DNA from: Acutalibacteraceae bacterium
Lineage (GTDB): Bacteria > Bacillota > Clostridia > Oscillospirales > Acutalibacteraceae
DNA length: 64,000 bases
NCBI GenBank assembly: GCA_051881315.1
Contig: JBJEPQ010000019.1
Coordinates: 16,570 to 80,569 of the forward strand
Reading direction: 5' to 3'
Positions 63,796 to 64,000 of this stretch are shown piece after piece (position 1 is the first letter of the stretch; each line of letters opens with the position of its first letter). Made by a program: the position numbers and the translations under genes. Below the pieces are notes generated by a model that did not search any database, was not told the DNA's origin, and worked only from the letters and a program-made list of their open reading frames with translations.

Positions 63796-64000
63796 TTACC
63801 TTTCGTTGAAAACAATAAGATCCTCAGCGGCACTTTCCGCCTTCCTTTGATATTCGGGAATTACCTTTTCAAGTCTTGCACGGATTTCTTCCCTGTTATT
63901 TTGAATAAATTTAAATCCGTCAAACACCTCGTCTGAGCTTTTCAGCTCCTGAACGGGCAGAACGTAACCCTTGTAATCTCCGAAAAGATCGGTTGCAATT
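63796..64000 (-). CDS. 3' end of an upstream gene in the same glycan locus (C-terminal 68 codons only)
   Basis: The minus-strand frame reads ...IATDLFGDYKGYVLPVQELKSSDEVFDGFKFIQNNREEIRARLEKVIPEYQRKAESAAEDLIVFNER*. FrhB-like genes are often paired with polysaccharide pyruvyl transferases, but I cannot confirm that from this fragment. Confidence 0.4.
   Translation of the reverse strand, partial: IATDLFGDYKGYVLPVQELKSSDEVFDGFKFIQNNREEIRARLEKVIPEYQRKAESAAEDLIVFNER

Noticed and set aside
1-64000. A search for mobile elements, prophage genes, toxin-antitoxin pairs, restriction-modification systems or other defence systems
   Set aside because: No ORF shows integrase, transposase, recombinase, Cas, nuclease-helicase or methyltransferase-nuclease pair signatures. 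The only methyltransferase is a THUMP-domain RNA enzyme. The window reads as core chromosome with conserved Bacillus/Clostridium synteny. The only mobile-like features are the small non-coding repeats reported above.

Overview
About 64 kb of ordinary chromosomal DNA from a spore-forming Clostridia-type Firmicute. The assignment is an inference from three things: the yabP/yabQ/SpoVB-like genes, the Bacillus-like gene orders recJ-relA-dtd and yabM-mazG-(hup)-yabO-yabP-yabQ-divIC-yabR, and the general look of the proteins. It could be Oscillospiraceae/Ruminococcaceae-like, but I cannot verify that without a search. I support about 60 protein-coding genes. I found no rRNA, tRNA, CRISPR array, transposase, integrase or recognisable defence genes.

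Main blocks, left to right:
- glmS 5' end and an orphan ABC ATPase.
- A guanine riboswitch controlling xpt plus a BMP-family (nupNOPQ-like) nucleoside ABC importer.
- rpsO-pnp.
- A minus-strand five-gene operon of unknown function: tandem-SCP2-like protein, class-III aminotransferase, split transketolase, second tandem-SCP2-like paralogue.
- tmcAL, divergent from ackA-yaiI.
- An 8-gene pheA-aroB-aroC-aroE/K-aroQ-aroA-tyrA-aroF operon preceded by a Phe/Tyr-rich leader peptide and a terminator.
- Assorted transport and housekeeping genes, then recJ-relA-dtd.
- The yab sporulation/division cluster.
- At the right edge, the start of a surface-glycan locus (fkp-like, wzx, FrhB-like Fe-S protein).

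The most interesting items:
1. The candidate ribosome-mediated attenuator in front of the aromatic amino acid operon.
2. The uncharacterised aminotransferase/transketolase/tandem-SCP2 operon.
3. Several families of structured intergenic repeats that none of the genes explain.

All product calls come from reading motifs in the translated ORFs by eye. No database search was run.
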